Position numbers and translations under genes: made by a program | Notes under the pieces: model-generated | Database searches by the model: none | What the model saw: only the letters and a program-made list of their open reading frames with translations | Told to the model about the DNA's origin: nothing | Part shown: piece after piece, positions 9,352 to 20,723 of the stretch | Numbering within the stretch: the first letter of the stretch is position 1 | How the letters are laid out: every line of letters begins with the position of its first letter | Virus record (IMG/VR): IMGVR_UViG_3300005683_000050 | Coordinates: 21,669-85,668 of that record | Strand: one strand, 5' to 3' | Origin: a virus | Lineage: Duplodnaviria; Heunggongvirae; Uroviricota; Caudoviricetes | Length of the DNA stretch: 64,000 bases

Positions 9352-9663
9352 TTACCATATAGCGAACATAGAATCCCACAAGTCCAGTATCTCCTTCAGG
9401 TCTGCGTTTTTATCTCTGCCGCCAACGGGCAAAATAATTTCTGAGTGTAACACCTCTCCTCTTACATGAAAGGTCTCGCCTGAAGTGTACGCAACGCATC
9501 CCGTTTGAAACGCTCTTTCCGTGATTGCATTTTTTAGGTGCGAAATTATCTCACTGGCAGCCCGCCTGGACAGTTTACAGATTTCATCGCTCTCAGTATT
9601 CACGGTTAGGTGTCCCCCGTGAGGATAATTCGTAAATCTGCCACAGTCACAGCAAAAGCTCAC
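9352..9663 (-). CDS. Hypothetical protein, paralog of 8983-9342
   Basis: CDCG...LPVGGRDKNADL. Confidence 0.7.
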   Translation of the reverse strand: MSFCCDCGRFTNYPHGGHLTVNTESDEICKLSRRAASEIISHLKNAITERAFQTGCVAYTSGETFHVRGEVLHSEIILPVGGRDKNADLKEILDLWDSMFAIW

Positions 9664-9941
9664 TCGTATTCACCAATACTACGCGGGTTAATGAACCACA
9701 TTGGGCGGCGCGTTAACTGTTCTAGGTACTGGTCTGTCAAATCGTCAGCTCGTTTATCGTCGTGTTTGAAAACAAAAACACCGAAAAGATATACTTTGCC
9801 AAGCAGTTCAACGTTCGTTTCTACGACGAATGGTATGTTGTATTGTGTGAACAATTTCAAAACACGGTCAGCTGGGTTGTGGTCGCTTACCCAAGCAAGT
9901 GATAGGTCTTTAATGTCGGTTTCGTAAATGTCTCTCTTCAT
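9660..9941 (-). CDS. Hypothetical protein
   Basis: 93-aa ORF with 4-bp overlap. Confidence 0.65.
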   Translation of the reverse strand: MKRDIYETDIKDLSLAWVSDHNPADRVLKLFTQYNIPFVVETNVELLGKVYLFGVFVFKHDDKRADDLTDQYLEQLTRRPMWFINPRSIGEYE

Positions 9942-10009
9942 CTTGTCCCCATTATCTCATGGTATCTTGTTTTTGTCAACTATCTCAAATTGACACCGCA
10001 ACTGCAAAT

Positions 10010-10297
10010 TCAACCAACATTACGCACCCACTCCCGTAACGCGTCTGGCGCGTCAATAATATCCCCAGACTTATCAACAAGCAAGGTTGTCGCATCAAAT
10101 TTCACAACGATTTGGTGGTTGTTGATTCTGCCAGACTTTGTAAGATTGAGAACCTTGCGTAGCATGTTGGCTGTTCCGTATGTCAGGTGCGCGTCTACGC
10201 CCATGCTCGCCATGCGCGCAATTTGAAACGCGCGCATGGACACTTGCCCGTCAGGGATTGCGTTGCCAGAATTTGGGTCGTATTCAATGATAATCAT
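10010..10297 (-). CDS. Hypothetical protein
   Basis: Start moved to MIIIEYDPN. Confidence 0.55.
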   Translation of the reverse strand: MIIIEYDPNSGNAIPDGQVSMRAFQIARMASMGVDAHLTYGTANMLRKVLNLTKSGRINNHQIVVKFDATTLLVDKSGDIIDAPDALREWVRNVG

Positions 10298-10310
10298 TTT
10301 TCTGCGTCCA

Positions 10311-10697
10311 TCATATAGATATGAACCCTTCTTGAAACTGGAGGATATATTTATCGTACATGCTTTCAACACAAGACTGCAACATGTCACAATAAACGTC
10401 GCTTGCCGAATCAATCAGCGTCAGCGCGTTTTTGCCGCGACTCACAAGGTAGACCGAGTAAGTATCGCTCGGTTCGAGAACTACATAGAATCGCGTCCGA
10501 ACATTTGTGTTCGGTGTGAACATAATCGCAATAGAGTAAGAGAGAGCTCCGTTCTCAAGTTTTGAGAATCCGCCGTATCCCTCTCTTACTTCATACATCA
10601 AGTTCCGCGAGCCAGTATAAATCAGCGCGCCGCAGTTGCGATTCCAATTTAATTGGTCAAACATTTCCTGGCATTGAATCGGTATTTTTGTTTCCAT
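10311..10697 (-). CDS. Hypothetical protein (leaderless)
   Basis: TTGACA-17-TATAGT-6-ATG on the minus strand. Confidence 0.7.
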   Translation of the reverse strand: METKIPIQCQEMFDQLNWNRNCGALIYTGSRNLMYEVREGYGGFSKLENGALSYSIAIMFTPNTNVRTRFYVVLEPSDTYSVYLVSRGKNALTLIDSASDVYCDMLQSCVESMYDKYILQFQEGFISI

Positions 10698-10728
10698 GTC
10701 CATACTATAGCAGAACTCTTGGAATTTG

Positions 10729-11037
10729 TCAAGACATCTTGCGCTGTAGGGATTCAATGTCTTTGCCGTTTGGGTCAACAATCTTGCCGTTACGCACTGC
10801 ATAGAATGAGGGTGTCCGCCAATTTACGCGCACCAACGCGTCTCCGCGCTTTGCGTCACCATGCATGTATCCATGTGTGTAGTCAGAATCGTCCCATTTT
10901 CGACACATCATGTTCTTGTCTGCAAATATCCGTGTTTGGTCAGCAAGGTCTTCTGTTGCCAAAAACCCGTATTCGATAAAGTACTCTTTGGGACTAATAT
11001 ATCCCCTGTTGAACAAGTCTACGAAATCCATATTCAC
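10729..11037 (-). CDS. Hypothetical protein
   Basis: 102-aa ORF with GGAG. Confidence 0.65.
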   Translation of the reverse strand: MNMDFVDLFNRGYISPKEYFIEYGFLATEDLADQTRIFADKNMMCRKWDDSDYTHGYMHGDAKRGDALVRVNWRTPSFYAVRNGKIVDPNGKDIESLQRKMS

Positions 11038-11040
11038 TCC

Positions 11041-11427
11041 TTAAATGAGAGGTTGCAGGTTTGGCAAGTCCCAAAATTCCAAGTACTCTGCCATAACCTG
11101 CACTTGTAATTCTTTCGGCAACTCGGAAAATAAAATTCGAGTCCCCAAGTGATTCTTACCGCCGACCTTTGGCGCAAATCCGCTTTTGTTTACGTCAATC
11201 TGGGTGTCGTGAGAACCATGTTGATACATCCCATGCCCACACGAAATATAAATAAATTCCCCTCCCGTGAGATTGCGGTAGCGTCCAGTAAAGACAATCG
11301 TATAGCGGTCAAGATATTGCGTGTCTGCGCCCAGGTCGTAAATTCGCAACATCTTTGGCGCACCATCTTTAACGAATTTACCATATCGAGCAACTACCTG
11401 TTTTGTACTTAGATTATTCATTCTCAC
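11041..11427 (-). CDS. Hypothetical protein
   Basis: First gene of the leftward arm; GGAG upstream. Confidence 0.7.
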   Translation of the reverse strand: MRMNNLSTKQVVARYGKFVKDGAPKMLRIYDLGADTQYLDRYTIVFTGRYRNLTGGEFIYISCGHGMYQHGSHDTQIDVNKSGFAPKVGGKNHLGTRILFSELPKELQVQVMAEYLEFWDLPNLQPLI

Positions 11428-11438
11428 TCCTTATCTAT

Positions 11439-11527
11439 CATTATAGCAGATTTTCGATTTTTGTCAACTGTCTGCGTAGACAGTATTTTTGTAAAGACTT
11501 GACAAAAAGATACAATCGGGATATAAT
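11439..11527. promoter_or_regulatory. Divergent sigma70 promoter pair with central CTGTCT-N4-AGACAG palindrome
   Basis: Minus -35 at 11462-11467; palindrome 11468-11483; plus TTGACA 11499-11504 with TATAAT 17 bp later. Confidence 0.8.
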
Positions 11528-11550
11528 CATTTCAGAAAGGGGAATTAAAA

Positions 11551-12679
11551 ATGTTCAACCAACCAAGATATATCGAATTTCAGTATACGCACCAAACTTA
11601 CAGTGGTTCTTCAATTTTGCTAACGGGATACAAAAATACTGGGCAGATTGAATGGGAATTTGCTACAACGCGACCTGATTACATAAGTAAAGACAATGGA
11701 TTTTCCGAAGATATTCGGTTTCCATGCTGGATTGGCACACTAGACGATGGGGACGAGGCATATACGATTATTCTGCAACCTGAGCAAATCGCCGCCATGT
11801 ACGCAATCCTCTTGGATGCCGACCAAAAGGAGTCAGAGCGTGGAAAATAAATACCTATTCGAGATTTTTAACCGCTTTTGCAATAATGCCAAGTTCCTTT
11901 GCGGCTTGGTGTCACTGAATCATAATGTGGGAATTACCTTGATGAAGATTGACACCCCATGCAAATTGGTCTCCATTTTTCGCAAGGGCGAGCTCTACAC
12001 CTTAGACTATGGGATTGGCAAGGATGTGAATCTGGCGGTTCAGAGTGCTGAAGAAAAACAATCTCGAACCGAACTTGACGAAGAAAAACTCGACTTGTTC
12101 TTGGACGCCTTTTTTGCGGAGGCATAAAACATGGATACACTCTACGAAATCTTCAGGGAATTTTCGAGATACAAATTTTGTGCCTGCACACTGTCTACAC
12201 TAGACGGTGGGTTTCTGGCAATCGTTTATAAACGCGACGAAATTTTTTGTATTTACAACGTGAGGATTAAGGACGGAAAATTATTACTGCTCGCAGGATT
12301 CGACGCGTCTCCATATATTGCCTTTCAGAAAATGACGGAAGCTCAACCGCATACCTTTCACAGTAAAGACGAATCGGTTGCATTCTTATACGATTCGCTA
12401 TTGGGAGAATAAACCATGAACCTTTTTCAAATTTTTCAAAAATACAACAGAATCGAATTTTACACCGACTTGGTGGCTTCTCGTGGACACGTCAGTATGC
12501 GTATTACGCAGTACCCAGATTTTATTGAAAACCAATACTATCGTCACGTCTTTATCTGCGAAAAGGGATGGCGTTGCGGCACAGGGCGAACTCCAGAAAT
12601 GGCTCACGCCGAGACCGACAAGCAAAAATTTCGGGGAACTGAAAATTTAGACGAAGAATTGGAAAAATTCTTTGCTTGA
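11551..12679 (+). CDS. Four small hypothetical genes (11551-11850, 11840-12127, 12131-12412, 12416-12679)
   Basis: Tightly packed ORFs with SD-like GGAG/GGAGG. Confidence 0.7.
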
Positions 12680-12710
12680 CAAATATGCCAACTCGCGGTA
12701 GAATTACAGC

Positions 12711-13136
12711 ATGTGGATATATGACGACGGCGGCAGAGCGTCTGCTGGATACAAAGGGAATGCACGAGATTGCGTAACTCGTGCTATCGCCATTGCTACA
12801 AACACAGACTACCAAACAGTTTATGGCGAATTGAATCGTATCGCTTCTGCCGAACGCACGAATCGCAAATCGTCGGCTCGAAACGGTGTCTATCCGTCAA
12901 CTTTTAATAAGTATCTTGAAAATTTGGGGTGGATTTGGACTCCAACGATGTTTTTCGGAAAAGGGTGCAAAGTACACCTAAGGGCAGAAGAATTGCCAAG
13001 CGGAACTCTGATTGCTAAAGTAAGTATTCACTTGGTTGCAGTCAAAGATGGCGTGATTTACGACACGCACGATTCTTCACGCAACGGAAAAAGATGTGTA
13101 TACGGATACTGGAAAGGACAAACAAACGGAGGATAA
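12711..13136 (+). CDS. DCxxRA-motif protein (putative papain-like Cys/His fold), paralog of 16110-16514; leaderless
   Basis: YDDGGR...DCVTRAIAIA...HLVAVKDG; TTGACA-17-TAGAAT-6-ATG. Confidence 0.65.
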   Translation: MWIYDDGGRASAGYKGNARDCVTRAIAIATNTDYQTVYGELNRIASAERTNRKSSARNGVYPSTFNKYLENLGWIWTPTMFFGKGCKVHLRAEELPSGTLIAKVSIHLVAVKDGVIYDTHDSSRNGKRCVYGYWKGQTNGG

Positions 13137-13138
13137 AT

Positions 13139-15806
13139 ATGGACACAAAAAAACTCTTTGAATCTCTTTCCAAAATACTGGAAAGTATGGGCATGGATTC
13201 TATGTACTTTCAGAAACAGGGATATATCTTTGTCCCAGTCAAACGCAATTGGTGCAGAATTTGGTTTGGCGATAAATGGCATGTCTCTGTTGGATGTGAA
13301 GAGACCACCTTTGATGAGTTCAAATACGCGGTGCTTTACCTGTTTGCCACTATCCAAGAATTGGATATGATGTAATATGTACTACGAGAAATACGAAGAA
13401 AAATACAACAAACTCCCGCGCATGAAAAAACCGTCCATGCCCAGTCCGTCAGACTTTAGCAGGGCAGAATACCTAGAGGCACTTTTAGACTACGCCGAAG
13501 AGATTGGACGATACGAGAAAAACTGCACCGAACTCGAAAACGAAAAGATGCGCCTGTTCGATTCACTACACACCGACCTGCAATTCGGTCTTGGAACGCT
13601 TTATCTTCACAAAGAACCATTGCTGTGGAGTCTGGCGGTTGAATACGGCAAGGGAGATTTCAAAAGAGTGGAAGAATACTATACCGAAATGTATATCATG
13701 CTCTCTTGACAAAATTCGACAATTGGGGTACCATTTAGGTATGGATATTTATTCTCTAACCGAAGCTGTGTATCAAGGCGAGATTGACGGCGCAATCGTC
13801 AATCTCGCGCTTGCTATAGCAGACAGCGAAAAAAACTGCGACTAAAAAATGATTACCTCTCACGCCCTGTCACAAGCCAAAACGCGTATGTCCGCTATCG
13901 GATTTAGTCTTGACTTGCTCTATCAAGCCGATAGACTCGCAAATTGCCTGACCGAAGATACTGCCATTATCCTTGCAAAATCACTCAAACGCGTCAAAAC
14001 AAAGGATAAAAGCAACGGGTTCGTCCTCTACGCTATCGCTCGTAACCAATCTATCGTTACCGTTATGTGGCGCGAACACGACCAACCTCAAGATAGACTC
14101 AACGTCCATTCTATATTGTCTATTCTAGCTCCGCAAAATAGTAGACAAAAAGTCGCTAGCTTGACAAATCTTTAGAACACAGGTATAATGTGAGAACATT
14201 AACCGAATCAAATTAAGAATGCAAGCGACGGATTCAAGTCTCGCAAGTAAACTTTGAATCTCTGACGGACGAAGAACTAGTAGATGTCTTTGAACCTTGT
14301 GTTCTACTATGGGAATTTCGACACATGAACTACACTAAAGATAAGATTGGCGGAAAATTGCATAAAACAAAGGGATATACCTACAAGGGATACCCATACC
14401 GCAGACAGTGGACGATTACGCTGTGCGGCAAACAGTTTCCGTCTGACGAAGGAATCATTTCTACTGCCAACTTTAAGATTGCGCGACGCACAAGTTTTTT
14501 GTGCGGAAAATGCTTTAGGAAATCATGTATGCGTATCAACAGGAGCAATTAATGCTCGCACTGACAAACGGAATGTCATTCAGGAATTCAGCATATGCCT
14601 ATTTGTAAACCGATTAGATTATTGAGGGGGGATGCCGCGCTCGCGTTCTACTTTGCGAATATGCACGCAGAAAAGAACGAACTCGTGGCTCGACTGCTTG
14701 TTGTTGCGCCAGGCGGGAATCCTTTTGTTCTGACCAGAAAGCAGTGCAATGCGGTATGTGAGATAGCGAAAGAGTACGGGTGGAAACAATGAGCGACCAA
14801 ACATACTTACGCCAAAGATTCACGTCTGCTTTGCGGTGCGCCGTATGGTGTTCAATGCGGGGATATGACTACCGCGCCGCGTTGTTTCAGGCGCGGCGTC
14901 AAATGAATCGTTTATCTGAGCGCGGATTTGTGATATACGAACACGAAAAACAAATTGTTGAAATTTTGGAGAAACCAAATGTACGGACAAGTTTATGAAT
15001 CGAAAAATCACACAATCGTTCTGGTAACAAGGTGTGGCAAAGGGTTCGAGATTTCCACGAACGACATTCCAACATTCAATGCCCTTTGGCTTTACGGCGC
15101 ACGTTGGTTTTCGGAATCGGCAGAGGCACAGAAATGGTTGGACGAAAACGCAGAGAAGGTTGGACTGTCGAAGTGGAGTCGGGCAGATTACGCGTTGCAA
15201 TGGGGAGAACGTGAGGCTGCTGAATTCTGTAAAAAACACGGTTTGGACGAAAATGGAGTGTGGATATGTTAGAAACCTTTTTAAGAGCGGTGGATACACA
15301 GGGTGATGTTTACCTGCCCTATGTGCTAAGGGGTGATTTTACGCCAAGCGAGCGTGCTGTTATTGAGGAATTATTTGAGGGTCACATTCCGAAAACAATT
15401 GGTGCAATGTTCAACAACTGGATTGTTTATAAGCTTCCAAGTGGCTCATTCTATGCGTGGCGTGCTACGTGGGATACAGGGTTTACTGCTGAGACTGCGG
15501 ATGAAATGGCAGATAAAATTTCCAAATACTTTTCTCGCTAGTTTTTTCGACCACGGGCATTTCGACCACGGAGGTTTTATGACAGTTTACGATAAAATTA
15601 AAGCAGCGATTGAGTCTATGGACATGCTACCGCAAAGGGTTGTGCTACCGCAAGCAATGTTTGATGAATTCGCGCGCGATGTCGCGGCAACTGGTCACGC
15701 CCAAACTGTATGGGGAGTTCCAGTTGTCGCTGGGAATGTGTTGGAGATGCAGTTCGACCACGGGGTTTTCGACCACGAGGTTTTTGAATCTCGTGATAGG
15801 TTATAG
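13139..15806 (+). CDS. Cluster of small hypothetical genes (13139-13375, 13377-13709, 13741-13845, 13849-14175, 14325-14552, 14595-14792, 14789-14998, 14979-15272, 15260-15541, 15579-15806)
   Basis: Coupled or overlapping starts and stops, SD motifs or leaderless starts. Confidence 0.6.
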
Positions 15807-15996
15807 GAACGAATCTTATGTAACCTGGCGCGTTCGACCACGCGCTGCTTTGCATAATGTTTGTATGAAAAGCGCGCCTTATTCGGATTGGATTTGCCGA
15901 GATGCAACCTGCACGACTCATTTATAGCACAGATTTTTCGACTTGTCAAGAGGAACATTTGTTCTAAGCGGGGCAAGAGTTACCTAAGATTTTCAG

Positions 15997-16069
15997 GCTG
16001 GGTCGGACTCCTGCCCTCCTCCGCTTTCGCGGTCAGTTGTAGTATCGCGCTATCGCCGCTTTTTGTCAA
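15997..16069 (-). ncRNA. sRNA cassette copy 1 (promoter + hairpin + AGGAGGGCAGGAG tail)
   Basis: TTGACA-17-GATACT, then CCGC-GAAA-GCGG, then AGGAGGGCAGGAGTCCGACCCAGC; 17 further copies listed under findings. Confidence 0.7.
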
Positions 16070-16109
16070 GGGTGTTGAAAAGTTTTAGAGTATGTGATAT
16101 GCTTTCGGT

Positions 16110-16514
16110 ATGAAGTTCATATACGACGATGGTGGTAGAAGTAAGGCTGGACATGCTGATTATCCGATGGACTGTGTGTACCGCGCGATTGCCATAGCAA
16201 ACCAAATGCCGTATGAAGTTGTTTTGTCGGATATAGGAGAGCGTTCCAAGACCGAACGCTCACGAATTCGGTCTAATGTGATAACTGGAGTACGGAGTGA
16301 TACTTCTGACAAGTATTTGACCATGTTGGGATGGATGCATGTTCGGATGGGACGCAAAAAGAGAATGATGCGTGAAGAGCATTTACCGAATGCGTTGTTG
16401 ATAGTCACAACCCCAGACCATATGACATGTATTGACCACTGGACGATACGCGATTTGTATAACTGCTCAAATTTTGGTGAAGCCAGAATAGATGGATACT
16501 GGATTAGACATTGA
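16110..16514 (+). CDS. DCxxRA-motif protein, paralog of 12711-13136
   Basis: YDDGGR...DCVYRAIAIA...HMTCID. Confidence 0.7.
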   Translation: MKFIYDDGGRSKAGHADYPMDCVYRAIAIANQMPYEVVLSDIGERSKTERSRIRSNVITGVRSDTSDKYLTMLGWMHVRMGRKKRMMREEHLPNALLIVTTPDHMTCIDHWTIRDLYNCSNFGEARIDGYWIRH

Positions 16515-16682
16515 CAAAGAAGGACGGTATACTCTAGATATGAGTGGTTCTATGCCGAAGACGGTTCTAATTTGTATGGCGAAACGGACGACAAGACCTA
16601 ATGACGCATAAAAAACTTCACAAGTTGATGTTTGCGTTGTATCCGTATCTTGACAAATCTGTGAGGATGTGATATACTATAG

Positions 16683-16843
16683 TTGTTGGTGAGAAGCTGG
16701 TAAACTAGATAAGACAATCTGTGCCAGTGAATACGCGTTGAGTAGTTCGCGGCAGCGCACCTGCCACCGCATCCAGATTGGTCGGGGACGCGTAAAAAGT
16801 AAAGACCAATCAAAAAGCACTGTCTATATAGACAGTGCTTTTT
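16683..16843 (+). ncRNA. Putative ~160-nt structured RNA ending in a palindromic terminator
   Basis: TTGACA-17-TATACT upstream; stems GTTGGT/ACCAAT, CAATCTG/CAGATTG, GGCAG/CTGCC; 32-bp perfect palindrome 16812-16843. Confidence 0.55.
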
Positions 16844-17354
16844 TGTATGCTACGACCACGAGGTATTCGACCACGGGCTTTTTGACCATGCGACCACGGG
16901 GGTTTGGACGCGCGGTTACACAAGGCGACCCGCCGCGCGCGACTTTACATAAGGCTGGTTACATAAGACTGATTCACTGCCGCGAGTTACATAAGAACTT
17001 GGATGTACACGGCGATAGCCGCGCGTGTCGCGGCTACACATCGGCAGAGAAAATTCTTTCTTCACGCTTTCACCCTATCACAAACCAAGCAGTTTGTCAA
17101 ATAGAACATATGTTCTATTTTTGTGCTGGGTCGGACTCCTGCCCTCTTGCGTTTTTCACGCTCGATTATAGTATAGCAGGAGTCCCATTTTTTGTCAAGT
17201 GGGGTTACATAAGATTTTTGTGCTGGTGCGGACTCCTGTCCTCCCCCACTCGTCGTGGTCAATTGTAGTATAGCGCACTGTGAAAATTTTGTCAATAGCA
17301 AAACCCCCACAAGTCTCGCTGTGGGGGTTATTCTACCGAATTATAGGATTACTT

Positions 17355-17422
17355 AGCGAATGGCAGGACTCGAACCCGCATCTTTGACTAACGCAACGCT
17401 TTGCCTATTTAGATACACTCGC
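17355..17422 (-). tRNA. tRNA-like element with shortened anticodon arm (loop centre TTA); probably not a canonical decoder
   Basis: 7-bp acceptor GCGAGTG/CATTCGC; T-arm GCGGG-TTCGAGT-CCTGC; D-loop with GG; anticodon stem only TTG/CAA; 68 nt; no encoded CCA. Confidence 0.6.
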
Positions 17423-17603
17423 CCATTTTTTACCGCCATTGCTCGGTTAACACTTTGGCGAACCTTTCGGAAAAATGAATCCCCAGAGTCAAGGTCTGCC
17501 CTGAGTCTGACTATTCATTGACATCATCATATCACGGATGTTTTCTTTTGTCAAGTGGTTGACAAAACTTGTTGAATTTGTTATAATTCTTTCAAGGAGA
17601 AAC

Positions 17604-18685
17604 ATGAAAAAAGTAGCGCGGATACTTGACCGCATTATTCAACGTTTCGGTATTCAGGACTATGCTGAATGTGCCACGTATATCGAATGCTGGCGATTCG
17701 GCATGGGGTCTGTCTGTGATTGGGATAGTGGCGATAACTTTGTCGCGCTTGGTGTCAAAATGTTTGGTGATTGGCACTCCTATACTATCCGAATGGACGA
17801 TGAGGTATGTTGATTTGCAAGCAGGTCATTCTCAACGTTGTGTATTGTGAAGACTTTGACAAATGGGTACAACGATACTTCGCGGTTGAGAACTTTGAGT
17901 TTATTGTATCAGAGCGGATGCAGTCTGATTCTTACAAAAAATTCACTGTTGGGAACAGTGTAAGCATGGACAGCCTGAGCGCTGTGGCACGATTCAAAAT
18001 TAGGGATGGTGATATGGCGTGGATAACCCAGACGCTACTTGACTATGCGTGCAGTCTTGGTGAAATAGAGCGCGGCGTCTATGTCATTGAAACGTAAGGC
18101 GTCTTGACAAATCTATTCGAGTTTGCTATACTGTCTGTGTAGACAGTATAGGAGGAGCATACTATGAGTGGCGGAGCTGGCATTAAAGTCACGGTTGAAT
18201 TGAAGTGGTTTCTCGTAAAATATACGGGACGGCGTTTAGTTGCCAATCCAGTTAGCGCGAAAAGTTTTTCGCTAGAGGGATGGATGGACGGAGCGAGAAA
18301 CTTGCGCGGGGATTTGTTGCGTATTGAAGTTGAGCCGATTATCACAGACAGTGAATATCGCGCCGAGCTCAAAAGTCTAGACATTGAAAAGGGTAGTCAG
18401 TTGGACTGTGAGATTGAAAGTGGAGAAGTCCATTGCTACATTTTCAGTGGCTATGTGCGCGGAAATTGGGAAAACGAATTCCCGTTGTATATTGAAACTA
18501 CCGCGTATGCTCATGGTTTTGGCGAAGTCCCGATTTGCGTCAAGGTCGAACCTGCGAATAAATCTGAATTTGGGGACATGTGGAAAGATATTTTTGAAAC
18601 AGACATTGACCCCGAAGACACAGACTTTGACGCGCAAGTTGAAGCGTGGCGTTCTGACTTGCGCGATAATTACGGCGCGCATTGA
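17604..18685 (+). CDS. Three hypothetical genes (17604-17813, 17807-18097, 18164-18685)
   Basis: Own promoters at 17559 and 18104; SD motifs. Confidence 0.7.
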
Positions 18686-18728
18686 CAAAAAAACAGGTAT
18701 GGTGTATTATATCTGTGGAGGTGACATT

Positions 18729-19253
18729 ATGGGATGGACGGGACTGAATCGCCAAAAAGGGACAACCAATCTCAAGTTTTTCCAGCGCGAGTTTGGAGAC
18801 AGGGTGATTGACGCGGCACAGCCGCGCGGCGAGAATGCGGTATATCTCGCCTGCCGCGAGGGAGCTGAAGTATACGCGGTGGTCGTTTTGGTGCAGTGGG
18901 TACGCGGTGATTATTTCAATTTCCGCTACAAGGAAATGGGCGAGAACTCTGAGCCGTTTTATTATAACTGCCCGCGTCGCATTTTCGACCAATTGACGCC
19001 AACGCAAAACGAATGCGCGCTGAAATGGCGCGCAAAGGTCATGGAACACATGGCGGAAGTTGAATCGTGCATGGGGAAATTGAAAGTCGGCGCACTCTAC
19101 CAACTTCCTCAAGGTATTACGCTCTGCGGATACCCATTACATCTCATGGAAATTACGAGTGTGCGACCCCTGCGCGCCAAACCTTATCCGTATGGGCAGA
19201 ATTTCAAGTTGAGCAAAAATCTCCTGCTCCAAAGCACATTGGTTGAAAAATAA
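18729..19253 (+). CDS. DUF6927-like protein
   Basis: MGWT...VYAVVVLV...FRYKEMGENSEPFYYNCPRRIFDQLTP...ALKWR pattern. Confidence 0.7.
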   Translation: MGWTGLNRQKGTTNLKFFQREFGDRVIDAAQPRGENAVYLACREGAEVYAVVVLVQWVRGDYFNFRYKEMGENSEPFYYNCPRRIFDQLTPTQNECALKWRAKVMEHMAEVESCMGKLKVGALYQLPQGITLCGYPLHLMEITSVRPLRAKPYPYGQNFKLSKNLLLQSTLVEK

Positions 19254-19341
19254 CATTCCTTGTAAACCACGCTTAGGCGTGGTTTTTTTGTCTACTTGAC
19301 AAGCAAGATTGATTCTGCTATAATAATTGTAAGGAGGCGAC

Positions 19342-20654
19342 ATGAAAATCTACGTGGTGGTGAGCTATACGGCTCGTGGAGACTCTGTGATACGAAAGGT
19401 GTCTGCGTCTAAACGTAGTATCAAAGCATTTCTTCTCAAAATTGAATGGCTCGGCTCTTTTTGGATTAACGTTGAGACATGGCAGGACGGCGCGTTGTCC
19501 AACATTGAAATTATCAATGCTGAAAACTATCAAGAATGGGGGAAACATGGAAATCATTCAGTTCGCGGGAATTGATTGGAAGCACGGCACGAGCGCAATT
19601 CAAGACTTCTTTGAAACAAAAATTGACGGGATTCAGTTCATTGTCTCGAAAAACACACACCCCTTGAATCTGGGGGATTATCCCAGAGGATGGTTTGCGA
19701 TGTATGTTGACCGCAAGGGGAATTGGTGTCCTCTGAACACACGGATGACACACCTTGACGGAACAATTGAATGTGACCCGTTTTTTGAATATACCGACGA
19801 TGCGGATGCAGACATACCCAAATGTTTGATGTTTGCAATCGCGACGATGGGCATTCGGTGCGCCACGGAGAAACAAAATGAAATTTGATGCTGAAACGTA
19901 TTTTAATACAGCGAAGGGTACACGGAGTTGAATTTCCGAAAAACGCAACGATTCTACATAAAGAGGCGGGCTGGTCTATCATCGCCTATATTGGCGATGA
20001 CTATGTTACACTGGATTACATTGTTGGCAAGTTCACGGTTGACTTTTCCTGGTGTGACCAATTGGTGTATGACGGGAAAAACCCAATTCATGCAAAAGCA
20101 AAGTTCTATGCAGGGGTTGAGGAAATGACTTCGACCACGAGGCTTTCGACCACGGACAATTGACACGATTCGACCACAGGACTTGTGTGTGGGGGGCGGA
20201 AAAAGCGTAGTACGCGTTTTTTCGTGTACCGTCTTGAATGTATCACGTTTCTGACTTTTTGTCAAGTGGGGTTACATAAGATTTAGACGCTGGGTCGGAC
20301 TCCTGCCCTCCTCTGCTCATCGCAGTCAACTACATTGTAGCATCGGAACGTATTTTTGTCAAGTGTATTGACAAAAGACGGGGTGAGTGTTAATATGATA
20401 AAGAAAGGGGAAATCAAATGATTACCAATCAAACAGTAGGATATGAACCGCGTTGGATTTTCAATCCCGCAGACATTGCGAATTCGCAGTATCTGCGCGC
20501 GTGTGATACTGATGACAACCTATTCTTGTTCGATACCGCCCTTGACGCACAGATGGCTGGTATGGATTGGTGCGTTGGTATGGACAAGAATCTGTATCCG
20601 CAAGAAAATTTGGTGGTTGCAAAAATCACAGTTGAGTACATTCTTCTGAATTGA
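19342..20654 (+). CDS. Small hypothetical genes (19342-19575, 19547-19888, 19888-20163, 20418-20654)
   Basis: Promoter, SD and ORF architecture. Confidence 0.65.
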
Positions 20655-20723
20655 ACGCGACTTTGGCGCAGTGCTTGACAAGTTTCGGCAGTTGGGGTAT
20701 AATAGAGACATGGAGGCAAATCA

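Noticed and set aside
14190-14325. Possible in-frame TAA readthrough extending 14325-14552 upstream, suggestive given the TTA-loop tRNA-like element
   Set aside because: Single case; GTG too close to the -10; TAA is used as a normal stop throughout; more likely a decayed 5' end or sequence error
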